42,663 nt of DNA from Candidatus Zambryskibacteria bacterium RIFCSPLOWO2_12_FULL_39_16 (lineage in GTDB: Bacteria; Patescibacteriota; Minisyncoccia; Phycocordibacterales; WO2-35-19): assembly GCA_001824215.1 (NCBI GenBank), contig MHWS01000005.1, positions 1,219 through 43,881 of the forward strand. Reading direction: 5' to 3'. The translations under genes and the position numbers were made by a program. A model generated the notes under the pieces. That model was not told the origin of the DNA. It made no database searches and saw nothing but the letters and a program-made list of their open reading frames with translations. This document shows, piece after piece, positions 25,452 to 34,221 of the stretch (the first letter of the stretch is position 1; every line of letters begins with the position of its first letter).

Positions 25452-27206
25452 TCATGAAAAGAAATCAACTATACGGAGGCGGATTTCGACTGAGTTGTTG
25501 TAAAAAGATTTTTCAATGTTGGCCACTATGTTTGTTTTTATGCCTTCTTTTAAAGAGTCACCAAACTGGTCGGGAGAAGTAAAAAAAGAAATGGCTCTTA
25601 TGGTACTTCCGCCGTCGCGCAAATTTATTGAAAGATGTTCTTTGGCTTTGCCAAAACGGTTTATTTTCTCCGGCAAAATGTCTCTAAAAATAAATAGTGG
25701 TTTTTCGTTACCCATTCCAAAAGGAGCTAAGCTCAGAATCTCAGAAACTGAACTTTCTGAAATATCCTTTAAACTTAATTCGGCATCAACTAAAACCTGC
25801 CCGACTGAGTCGTTCAGGCGGGTTTCTATGCTTGCCTCAATAAGCACATCTTCAAGAGTATGAATTTTTTCATGACTAACAGAGAAGCCGCCGGACAATT
25901 TATGGCCTCCAAATTCAATAAAATGACCTTTGACTCTCCCCATCAAAGCAACGAGGTCTACCAAACCATCCGACCTGCAAGATCCTTTCAAAATTTTCTC
26001 TGCTTCGTCCGCTATAGATTCATCATGAGCGCGACCCCAAAGAAAAACCGGCCGATTGTATTCTTCCGCTATTGAGTTGGCCACCAGACCTAAAAGAGCT
26101 GGCCGCCAAAGAGGATTACCCAAAACTATGATTGGTTTCTCTCCAAAATTTTCAAACTTTTCTTTTATTTTTTTCTTGGCTTCTTTTACCATACTAGTCA
26201 CCGCTCCTTTTCTCTCATTGTTTATATTATCCAAATGTTTTACAAAAACTTCGGCTTCCACTTCATCGGTTGCTGTCAAAAGTTTAAAAGCGTCCCTAGG
26301 GTGACCCATCCGAGAAGCGGCATTGATGCGAGGAGTGATCATAAAAGTTATATCGTCTTCACTTATATTATTTTTATTTATTTTAAGGGTACTAAAAAGT
26401 CTAGAAAGTCCGGGACGCCTACTTTTTCGCAAAACAGAGAGACCAAAGTGAGCGAGCGCCCTATTTTCCCCAACCAGAGGCACCATATCTGAAAGTGTCG
26501 CCAAACCTACCAAATCAAGCAGCCATTTTTCTTTACCTTCCTTTAACAAATCCCTTTTTGTCTGAAGTATTGCTTCAATTAATTTCCAAACAACACCCGA
26601 ACCGCAAAGTATTTTTTCGGGGTATTTAGAATTTGCTCTTTTGGGATTAATTATGGCAAAAGCCTTTGGTAAACTGTCAGATTGCTTACTCGGAAGCGAG
26701 GCAGGCTCGTGGTGGTCGGTAATGATAACTTCCATTCCCATTTTTTTGGCATAATCAATTTCCTTATGATTTCTTATACCACAATCAATTGTTATCAAAA
26801 GTTTTACCCCATCTTTTGATAGTTCTTCTATTCCTTCATTATTAAGACCATAACCTTCAAGGTGTCTGTCGGGAATATAATTTATAAAATTATTAAGACC
26901 AATCAGTTTGAAAAAATCGTGAAGCAAAGCCCCACCGGGGATACCATCAGCATCATAATCGCTCCAAATGCCTATTCGTTCATTGTTTTCAAAAGCTCTC
27001 AAAATCCTACCCACCGTTTTCTTCATGTGAGATAAAAGAAACGGGTCATGCAGATGGTTTACAAAATCGGGCCGGAGAAAAGCTCCAGCTTCTTTCTTGG
27101 TTTTAATTCCTCTATTGCTCAGAAGCTGGGCTGTTAAAGTATTGTAATTCTCCAATTCTTTCTCTTTTTTTCCTATTTTCTTCTTTGCTGTATATTTTTT
27201 AGACAT
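25452..27206 (-). CDS. recJ: single-stranded-DNA-specific exonuclease RecJ
   Basis: DHH motifs DYDADGI, ITIDCG, ITDHH, plus a DHHA1 GGH motif. Start set at MSKKYTAKKK. The track extension to 27443 overlaps the HIT gene and lacks RecJ-like sequence. Confidence 0.88.
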   Translation of the reverse strand: MSKKYTAKKKIGKKEKELENYNTLTAQLLSNRGIKTKKEAGAFLRPDFVNHLHDPFLLSHMKKTVGRILRAFENNERIGIWSDYDADGIPGGALLHDFFKLIGLNNFINYIPDRHLEGYGLNNEGIEELSKDGVKLLITIDCGIRNHKEIDYAKKMGMEVIITDHHEPASLPSKQSDSLPKAFAIINPKRANSKYPEKILCGSGVVWKLIEAILQTKRDLLKEGKEKWLLDLVGLATLSDMVPLVGENRALAHFGLSVLRKSRRPGLSRLFSTLKINKNNISEDDITFMITPRINAASRMGHPRDAFKLLTATDEVEAEVFVKHLDNINNERKGAVTSMVKEAKKKIKEKFENFGEKPIIVLGNPLWRPALLGLVANSIAEEYNRPVFLWGRAHDESIADEAEKILKGSCRSDGLVDLVALMGRVKGHFIEFGGHKLSGGFSVSHEKIHTLEDVLIEASIETRLNDSVGQVLVDAELSLKDISESSVSEILSLAPFGMGNEKPLFIFRDILPEKINRFGKAKEHLSINLRDGGSTIRAISFFTSPDQFGDSLKEGIKTNIVANIEKSFYNNSVEIRLRIVDFFS

Positions 27207-27213
27207 AGAAATG

Positions 27214-27223
27214 ATGATACCAT
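27214..27223. promoter_or_regulatory. overlapping divergent extended -10 elements for recJ and the HIT gene
   Basis: Plus strand: TGaTACCAT (27215-27223), 7 nt, ATG 27231. Minus strand: TGgTATCAT (27222..27214), 7 nt, ATG 27206. Confidence 0.45.
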
Positions 27224-27230
27224 ATATGTA

Positions 27231-27614
27231 ATGAAAGACTGCATTTTTTGCAAAATAGCAAATAGAGAAATACCAGCTCATATAGTCTATGAAAATAAAG
27301 ATTTTTTGGCATTTTTGGATATAAACCCTAAATCCCCCGGACATTGTCAAGTAATCCCCAAAAAACACTACCGATGGGTTTGGGATGTGCCTAATATAGG
27401 GGAATATTCCAAAGTTGTTCAACAAATAGCCAAAGCTCTGCAAAAAGCATTCAAAACTGATTGGGTGCTTTCAAAAGTTATAGGAGACGAGGTGGAACAC
27501 GCCCATATCTGGGTTTACCCCGCCTGGGCGGGGGCGACTCCAAACTCCGAAATCAAAGGTGATTTGAAAGATTTTGAAGGAAACGCCAAAAAGATAATTA
27601 AAGAATTAAAATAA
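27231..27614 (+). CDS. HIT-family (histidine triad) protein
   Basis: MKDCIFCKI N-terminus, PKSPGHCQVIPKKH, and triad region VEHAHIWVYP. Confidence 0.88.
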   Translation: MKDCIFCKIANREIPAHIVYENKDFLAFLDINPKSPGHCQVIPKKHYRWVWDVPNIGEYSKVVQQIAKALQKAFKTDWVLSKVIGDEVEHAHIWVYPAWAGATPNSEIKGDLKDFEGNAKKIIKELK

Positions 27615-27655
27615 AAATTTCCAGCCGTAAGAATTCTGCCCGTCCATAAAAAACA

Positions 27656-27685
27656 TAGCCTCGCCAACCGAAGTTGGCGAGGCTA
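27656..27685 (-). terminator. rho-independent terminator of the GC-rich orphan gene
   Basis: Perfect 13-bp stem TAGCCTCGCCAAC-cgaa-GTTGGCGAGGCTA. On the minus strand it is followed by TGTTTTTTATGG. Confidence 0.65.
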
Positions 27686-27696
27686 GTGACAAAGTG

Positions 27697-28404
27697 TTAA
27701 AGAGACCCAGTGTAGTTGCAGAAGAAGAAACGGCGGTCGGCAGACCAGACACTGCCGCGGCCAAGCCCGCGGACGTCCACGCGCCAACGGCTGCCGTCCA
27801 AGCGCGCGTAGACGACCGAGACACTTTCGTTTTTGTCTTCTACAAAGAAGAAGTTGGCATAGCCATTGATTCTGAGACCAATGTCTTCACCCGCTTCTTG
27901 TCGCTCAATGAACGACTCAATTGTGGGAAGTGTCGTACAGCAGTTACGTTCTTTGAGAAGCTTGACGAGAGTCTCTACATTGCTAGACTGGCCAAGAAAA
28001 GTCCCCATCACTTTCTTGAACGTTGCCGATTGCGAGAGTTGATTGATTGAGAACTTACTCTCTCGTTGTTCGGGCTGTTCTTTCGGAAACCAAGCATCCA
28101 GATTGTTGTCGCGGTAGTAGTACCGCTTCTTATTGGTAAAGCAATCGCGAGTTTTCTTTCCCGCAACTGCCGGCGTTGTGATTGTTTTGACCAAAGTGAG
28201 AAGCGATACTACCGTTTCTTTCGCTTTCTTTAGCACGATTTCGGCACGACCCTGGATCAAATCTAGAACACAACCAAGGATAGCTGGGTTGGTCAAACAT
28301 TTCACGTCCCCAGCCGCCCATTCTGATCCATCGCTTCCGCGAGCCGCGCGAAAAGCCAGCTCTAATTCGTTTGCAAGTCCAACATCGAGCATAAGATCGC
28401 TCAT
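27697..28404 (-). CDS. hypothetical protein, GC-rich orphan with no family recognised
   Basis: 235 aa from MSDLMLDVGL. SD GGAAAGGAAG lies 6 nt upstream. The track start at 28464 has no SD. It has its own terminator and a composition unlike its neighbours. Confidence 0.55.
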   Translation of the reverse strand: MSDLMLDVGLANELELAFRAARGSDGSEWAAGDVKCLTNPAILGCVLDLIQGRAEIVLKKAKETVVSLLTLVKTITTPAVAGKKTRDCFTNKKRYYYRDNNLDAWFPKEQPEQRESKFSINQLSQSATFKKVMGTFLGQSSNVETLVKLLKERNCCTTLPTIESFIERQEAGEDIGLRINGYANFFFVEDKNESVSVVYARLDGSRWRVDVRGLGRGSVWSADRRFFFCNYTGSL

Positions 28405-28531
28405 AATTGTCTTCCTTTCCCGCAATATAGTTCCAACGAACATAGTTGCTATGTGAATTTGCATCCGAGTTTCGTTATATCACAGAATAATAAAAATACA
28501 ACCTTTTGTTAAAATAGGCCTTAAAAACAGC

Positions 28532-29524
28532 TCATTTAAGGACTTCAATTCCAGGCAAAGTGCCGGTAGCCAAAAAATCGAGCATAGCGCCGCCGGCGGT
28601 TGAGATGAAGCCGTGAGTTGAAATTTCGTCTTTGATGTCTGGTTTCAGAATTGCTAAAGTGTCCCCCCCACCGACTATTACTTTAGCTTCGGATTGAGCC
28701 AGCATTCTGGCTAGAGCCATCGTACCGGCTATAAAACCTTTTTCGTAATTACCCAAAGGCCCGTTCCATAAAATAAACTTTGCCTGTTTTATTTTTGGTC
28801 TTAGTGTTTCTAAAGTTTCAATATTGGCGTCCAAAGCCTTAATATCGCCGATAGGAAAAATAATTTTTGGATTGTCAGCGATAGGATTGCCTGCACTATC
28901 AGACATTTCCGAAGCTCTGATAGCCAAAGCTCCGCCGATAAAAATATCGTCGGCAATATTTAAAAATTTCTGAACCAAAGGCAATTTTGTTTCAAATTTT
29001 GCCCCACCCAAAACAAATAGAAAAGGATGCTCCGGATTAAAAGCTTCCTCTAATTTTTGGTATTCTTCTAAAAAATGGAAGCCTACATATGAGATTATAA
29101 ACTTCGGCACCCCTACGATTGAAGCATGCTCTCGATGCGAGACAGAAAAGGCTTCGTTTACATAAATATCCGCTTTGCTCGCTAATTCTTTTGCAAACTC
29201 TTCGCTGTTCAACTCTTCCCCCGGATTTTTTCTTAGATTTTCCAAAAATTCCACCCCTTCTGTCAAAACCGGGTAATGTTTTTTTGCAAAATCTATAACA
29301 GGCTCTAAAGAATCGCCTTCTCTGCCGAAGTGGCTCATAACAATCGGCCTACCACCGCATTTTTTTATATAATTTATGGTTGAAAAGGATGCTTCAATGC
29401 GTGAAGCGTCCAATACCTCTCTTACCCCTCCTACGTCGGGATCCCCTACGGGGACATTCCAATCAACTCTTACTAGCACTCTCATATCGTCTTTTATATT
29501 TGCATCTTCAATTGATTTAATCAT
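28532..29524 (-). CDS. pgk: phosphoglycerate kinase (short form)
   Basis: RVLVRVDWNVP, MSHFGRE, YVNEAFSVSHREHAS, GGAKFETK, WNGPLGNYE, GGGDT, STAGGAML. 330 aa. Confidence 0.9.
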   Translation of the reverse strand: MIKSIEDANIKDDMRVLVRVDWNVPVGDPDVGGVREVLDASRIEASFSTINYIKKCGGRPIVMSHFGREGDSLEPVIDFAKKHYPVLTEGVEFLENLRKNPGEELNSEEFAKELASKADIYVNEAFSVSHREHASIVGVPKFIISYVGFHFLEEYQKLEEAFNPEHPFLFVLGGAKFETKLPLVQKFLNIADDIFIGGALAIRASEMSDSAGNPIADNPKIIFPIGDIKALDANIETLETLRPKIKQAKFILWNGPLGNYEKGFIAGTMALARMLAQSEAKVIVGGGDTLAILKPDIKDEISTHGFISTAGGAMLDFLATGTLPGIEVLK

Positions 29525-29528
29525 AAAT

Positions 29529-30299
29529 TCATCTTTTCAAATCAGCCGCTTTTAGAATAGCGGAAAATTGTTCAGCAGAAAGAGAAGCATGACCCACAAG
29601 AAAACCGTCAATATTGCCGTATTCCACAATAGACCCTGCATTTTCTGCTTCAACAGAGCCGCCATAAAGGATCTTGGAACCCACAGCAATATCTCCGCCA
29701 AAAAGTTCGCCTATGACTTTTTTTATAAATAAAGTCGTTTCATGTATATCAGTCGGCGTCATTGCTTCTTTATATGATTTGCCTATGGCCCAAATAGGTT
29801 CATAAGCAACAATAATGCCAACTAGATATTTTTTATGCAAACCGGTAAGGCATTCTTTAATTTGATTTTTAATAAAAGCCAAATGATTTCCATCCTTGTC
29901 TCTCTCTTTTTCTCCAACACACAATATCGGTATCAAATCTGTATCAAAAGCAACCTGCAGTTTTTTCCTGATTATCTCGTTACTTTCACCCATCGCCCTC
30001 CTTTCAGAATGGCCGATGATTGAAAATTTGGTCCCTATACCTTTTGCCATATCAGCGCTTACTTCACCTGTAAAAGCTCCTTTTATTTCACTGGCGATAT
30101 TTTGAACTCCAAAAAATACATTCTTGGGATGATTTAATTTTAAGAGAGGGTAAAGGAAAGGGAAGGGTGGACAGATGATAATGTCAGTATTTCTAATGCC
30201 TTTTGCCAAACCCCTCACCGAATTGAACACTTTTTTGGCTTCAATCAGTGTTTCCGGGCTCATTTTCCAGTTAGCTACTACGATATCACGTCTTTTCAT
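29529..30299 (-). CDS. tpiA: triosephosphate isomerase
   Basis: VVANWKM, IIGHSERR, VAYEPIWAIG, YGGSV. Confidence 0.93.
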   Translation of the reverse strand: MKRRDIVVANWKMSPETLIEAKKVFNSVRGLAKGIRNTDIIICPPFPFLYPLLKLNHPKNVFFGVQNIASEIKGAFTGEVSADMAKGIGTKFSIIGHSERRAMGESNEIIRKKLQVAFDTDLIPILCVGEKERDKDGNHLAFIKNQIKECLTGLHKKYLVGIIVAYEPIWAIGKSYKEAMTPTDIHETTLFIKKVIGELFGGDIAVGSKILYGGSVEAENAGSIVEYGNIDGFLVGHASLSAEQFSAILKAADLKR

Positions 30300-30307
30300 T
30301 TAATTTA

Positions 30308-30351
30308 ATTTAGCGAAATTATGTCGCGGCTCCGTCAATTAAGACGCGACC
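30308..30351 (-). repeat. hairpin + 12-mer motif, copy R2 (sense strand is minus, upstream of tpiA)
   Basis: Sense strand: GGTCGCGTCT-taattgacgg-AGCCGCGAC-ata-ATTTCGCTAAAT, then 8 nt, then ATG at 30299. Confidence 0.75.
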
Positions 30352-30362
30352 TCTATTATACC

Positions 30363-31787
30363 CTAAATTTCTTCCCAAGAAAGAATACTGTACTGGTCGG
30401 AAGTGAGAGGGAAAGAGGGAGGCGGACCGTAAAGAAGATTGGCATCGTAGTTTATGTTTCTTGTTAGATAGCCGGTATTGTCCGTATATGCAAAACCATA
30501 ACGGATACTGGTGGCAATCATGCCGTAAAGATTGAGGACACTCCTGACATTATACGGCGAGCAGTCGCTCTCATAATAATATCTGCCCACTCTGCCATTT
30601 TGAGAAACCAAAGCGGCATCGATGGTCAGGTTGGTATCCGAAACCATCCCAACATTCAAATTTCCTTGTGAAATAAGAGCTATAACATCCGTACCGTCAA
30701 GATTTGTGTAAGTAAGGTCGTTGTTTATGGTAAGTTGAGGTCTATTTGATGGATTATCAGGAAAACGGCCGACAGCAATAGTCACTCTAGCGCTATCTAT
30801 AGCACCTTCCACCCAAGTATTGTCTTCTACGAATATAAGTCCGTTTGCTGGTATTGCATAATTACCTACAAGTGTACGACCATTTACGCTCCAAGTGTTC
30901 CAATTGGTCTGATTTGCCACATTGGTGCAATTACTAGGAGGATTTGTCTGCGAATTTACTTTATAAACATCAAAAGTATCGTTCGTTTTTAAAATAATCT
31001 GATAACCTTGAGCGCCGGAGGCCGCAAAATACTTGCCACTGGTTTGAGCGTCAGATTTTATATTTGCCAGATTATTTGTCAGACTGGTGAAATCCACTGC
31101 TGGGACAGGAAATTGTCTACCAACTTCAAAAACGTCCGTGCGTGAAGGTACAGCAGTCGGAGGCGATGGGTCATCAGGATTAAGACAAGTATGAACCGCA
31201 AATGAAGAGTTGTTGTTGCAATCATCGAAATCAGGATCGTTATAAGAAGACAGGGCGCTAGTGACGATATTATGAGCCAAACCATCAAAACGGATGCCCT
31301 GATTTGAATGTATTGGACCAAAAACTTCCGTTCCTGCCCCAAAACGCATTACATCATTTGATACTACAGAATATTTTGCCAAAGAAGGTATGGCCATTTC
31401 CACCCTAATGGCCCTAGAAATAGTCGAACTCACCGGAGTACCAGTCGATTCAATACGAACTTTGGTTGAACCAATAATTGGCGGCGTAATAGACAAGCTG
31501 AATTGCCCAACTAGATTATTATCTTTGTCAAAAACTTGATGGATATAAGGTCCTGCTACTCCGGTACCATCTTGATAATCGGTATGATTGTGAGCCAAAT
31601 GCCATCTATAATAATCAATACCTGATTCGGCCAATTCTATGGCATTTTCTCTCGTTACAAGTTGCCTATTTGCTTGCATTGTAATTTGAGCCCATTTCAT
31701 AATACCGCCCATAATTATTATGGATATGGATGAAAAAATAATTATAGGAATGAGTAGCTGCCCCTTTTCCAGATTTAAAATTTTCAT
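30363..31787 (-). CDS. PilX-like pilus-associated protein
   Basis: N-terminal hydrophobic segment LLIPIIIFSSISIIIMGGIM without a G-F/E prepilin motif, and a large Ser/Thr/Asn-rich ectodomain. Last gene of the pilus operon; overlaps the upstream gene by ATGA. Confidence 0.5.
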   Translation of the reverse strand: MKILNLEKGQLLIPIIIFSSISIIIMGGIMKWAQITMQANRQLVTRENAIELAESGIDYYRWHLAHNHTDYQDGTGVAGPYIHQVFDKDNNLVGQFSLSITPPIIGSTKVRIESTGTPVSSTISRAIRVEMAIPSLAKYSVVSNDVMRFGAGTEVFGPIHSNQGIRFDGLAHNIVTSALSSYNDPDFDDCNNNSSFAVHTCLNPDDPSPPTAVPSRTDVFEVGRQFPVPAVDFTSLTNNLANIKSDAQTSGKYFAASGAQGYQIILKTNDTFDVYKVNSQTNPPSNCTNVANQTNWNTWSVNGRTLVGNYAIPANGLIFVEDNTWVEGAIDSARVTIAVGRFPDNPSNRPQLTINNDLTYTNLDGTDVIALISQGNLNVGMVSDTNLTIDAALVSQNGRVGRYYYESDCSPYNVRSVLNLYGMIATSIRYGFAYTDNTGYLTRNINYDANLLYGPPPSFPLTSDQYSILSWEEI

Positions 31788-32398
31788 AGATTATCTTTAA
31801 GATTACGCAAAAATACCTGACTTGTGACGATAACTGGCCCAATAGTCTTGGTTGGATTTGTGTCTTCTTCTATTTTAAGAGTAACTCGGACAAGCCTCAC
31901 TTGGGTTATCTGCACCGGTTGAACGAGCGGAGTGCTAGTGCCAGTATAAGAAGAGTCAAAATATTCAAAAATCGGAGAAACACCATTGTTTATACCAGTC
32001 ACCAAAGTGCTTATTTGTTCATTGGCCGAGTTATAAGAAAGCGGAGAGCCGGACGGTTTGATTATTCCTCTTTTCAAATCTTTGTCGGAAAGAAAATATC
32101 TTATCTGCTCTTTGTATGGATCACTATCAATGTTGGAGAAAAATGTTATTCCTGTAGTACTGGCCAAACTTATGGTGTACGAACCCAAGCTTGACGGGGA
32201 AGCGCTTCGGAGTTCTTTTACCATGTTTTTGAGCACCCTTCTAGCGTCCGTTTGGGCGCTTAAATTTTTTTGGGCATTTGAATTGAAAGAAAAGATGCTG
32301 TTGCCAAAATTGAAAACTGCTATAAAGATAACTGAGCTAATGGCAACCACTACGATTATTTCAGTCAAAGTAAATCCTTTTTTGTTAAAAATTTTCAT
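31784..32398 (-). CDS. minor pseudopilin with prepilin N-terminal methylation motif
   Basis: KKGFTLTEIIVVVAISSVIF, with Glu at +5. Confidence 0.75.
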   Translation of the reverse strand: MKIFNKKGFTLTEIIVVVAISSVIFIAVFNFGNSIFSFNSNAQKNLSAQTDARRVLKNMVKELRSASPSSLGSYTISLASTTGITFFSNIDSDPYKEQIRYFLSDKDLKRGIIKPSGSPLSYNSANEQISTLVTGINNGVSPIFEYFDSSYTGTSTPLVQPVQITQVRLVRVTLKIEEDTNPTKTIGPVIVTSQVFLRNLKDNL

Positions 32399-32403
32399 AT
32401 TGT

Positions 32404-34191
32404 TTATTGAGGAGACATACTAGCTCCTATGCCCTGCCAATCGCCGTTAGTTATGATATTTACTCCATAAGTTTGATTTTGGTAGCCACTTTTCTCCAGA
32501 AGCAAATCGTGGTTGCCAGACGAAAGATTGCTGAACAAAGCCTGACCTGGCGGTATGCAGTCAGAGGTATAAGTAACGGCAATACTTGCGACATTCGGCG
32601 TCTTGTTATCTGCCGCGCTACTCAAAAATACTTTATACCTGAAATATCTGTCGCCGTTATGAACAGGATTTATGTTGTTGTCTGAGAGAGTGTAATAAGT
32701 GGCTCCCGTGCCGTCAGACCCCAGATACTGCCATGTGGTGGTTGCTGTACTGTCTCCAGATGTTGCCAGTTGAAACTTCACACTATCAGTGCCGGATTGT
32801 GGAGGTTGGTCAGTCGGAGTCCATACTATGCTGCTGAAATTTGACGAAGTACCTGTATCAAAAATAGATGAAGTAAGAACTCCGGAAGAGACGTAAGATC
32901 CGAGTACTTTAAGCAATTTCAATTCTCCCGCTGGGGAATTGGTATCGATATTACCATCACTGCTCCAATATTTTGTCTGGTCCGTAAAATCGCTCTGGCC
33001 GGCACCCCCAGACCAATCGGTTTGTTCCAGATAACCCATACCGGTAATTTGGGATGCCGAAAAACTTCCTTGAGTGAGAGTAAGATTTACTCCAGAAAGA
33101 GGCAACCCTGTGGCACTATCTTTTACTGTAACAAGAAGATTATTGGGTGCCCCTTGAGCAAGGATAATATCAACATTTTGAGTCGAATCCGGAAGTACTG
33201 CAAAAGGCGACGGCGGATTGACGCCAGCCAGGTTAAACCCGCTTCCAACTGTAAATGTAAAGGTATCCCATTCCATATTACTGAGAATTTTTGAGCCAGA
33301 GGCATCAGTACTGAAGCTCCCGCTAAATTTTAAGACATCAGGATTAGTGCCTATAAGTTTAGCTCCGGTAATAGTAAACGGTACATCGGCTATCGGAGTA
33401 CATTGTATGTTTTTGGAGTAGACATTTATAGTGCTGACTTTGTCTATTACAAATGATATTTGAGTAAGTTGCTGTAAAATGACCGTAGCATCAAGTTTTA
33501 TCGGATGCGGATTGCTTACCGAAGCCGGATAGGTTCTATCTGTGGTATACCCATCCTTTGTAACTATAATCCTGTATGCATTTGAAGCGGGCGGCACATC
33601 AACAATTTCCAAAGTACCAGTATTGTTTGTAGTGTCGCTTATATTAATTCCTAAAGCGCCTTCAACGATACTGACATCAGCTTGAGACACCGGATTGCCA
33701 TTTGCATCAAACACTTTAACAAACAAAGCTCCGTTGGTTGAAGCCGTCTCAAGATTTTTTGGAGAAACGTTGGAAACAGATGAAATGTCCAAAGGATTTT
33801 TGCAAGCATTGCAGGAAACTTTTATTTGGACCATTTTATAATCGGCTGGAGAAAGATCGTTTGGCGAACCTCCAATGGTACCGTCAAAAGGGTCATCTAT
33901 GTTGCGGATCGTTCTTGTTATATCAAATTCCCTGCCGTCTTGGATAATAGTAGAAGTAGCCAAAAGAACCCCGTTTGGTATACCACCACTAAGCCCAACG
34001 TTCGAATAAGAAAGATTTCGTATAAGCTCAAACTCGCTGTTTATCAAATTCACCGCCGCTATTTTATCGCGAGAAGCCGAGATAAGAGCATTGATTGAAA
34101 TAAAACCCTGATAAATAGACATAGCCACTATAGCAAAAATAGATGATGCAACAATAACTTCTACCAAAGAAAATCCCTGACTATTTTTCAT
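32404..34191 (-). CDS. large PilV-like pseudopilin with Ig/carboxypeptidase-regulatory-like repeats
   Basis: MKNSQGFSLVEVIVASSIFAIV prepilin motif. The track start at 34203 is GTG; ATG at 34191 gives a typical short leader. Confidence 0.7.
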   Translation of the reverse strand: MKNSQGFSLVEVIVASSIFAIVAMSIYQGFISINALISASRDKIAAVNLINSEFELIRNLSYSNVGLSGGIPNGVLLATSTIIQDGREFDITRTIRNIDDPFDGTIGGSPNDLSPADYKMVQIKVSCNACKNPLDISSVSNVSPKNLETASTNGALFVKVFDANGNPVSQADVSIVEGALGINISDTTNNTGTLEIVDVPPASNAYRIIVTKDGYTTDRTYPASVSNPHPIKLDATVILQQLTQISFVIDKVSTINVYSKNIQCTPIADVPFTITGAKLIGTNPDVLKFSGSFSTDASGSKILSNMEWDTFTFTVGSGFNLAGVNPPSPFAVLPDSTQNVDIILAQGAPNNLLVTVKDSATGLPLSGVNLTLTQGSFSASQITGMGYLEQTDWSGGAGQSDFTDQTKYWSSDGNIDTNSPAGELKLLKVLGSYVSSGVLTSSIFDTGTSSNFSSIVWTPTDQPPQSGTDSVKFQLATSGDSTATTTWQYLGSDGTGATYYTLSDNNINPVHNGDRYFRYKVFLSSAADNKTPNVASIAVTYTSDCIPPGQALFSNLSSGNHDLLLEKSGYQNQTYGVNIITNGDWQGIGASMSPQ

Positions 34192-34221
34192 TTTCACTTT
34201 CACTTTAATTTTTGGTTAACC

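Noticed and set aside
27207-27443. N-terminal 79-aa extension of RecJ in the ORF track.
   Set aside because: The extension overlaps the HIT gene on the other strand and has no RecJ-like sequence. The internal ATG at 27206 gives a typical RecJ N-terminus with a -10 element 7 nt upstream.
27694-28456. Plus-strand ORFs 27694-28050 and 28133-28456, and minus-strand ORF 27606-27824, within the GC-rich island.
   Set aside because: High G+C keeps several frames open. Only the 27697-28404 minus frame has an SD, an ATG and a matching terminator.
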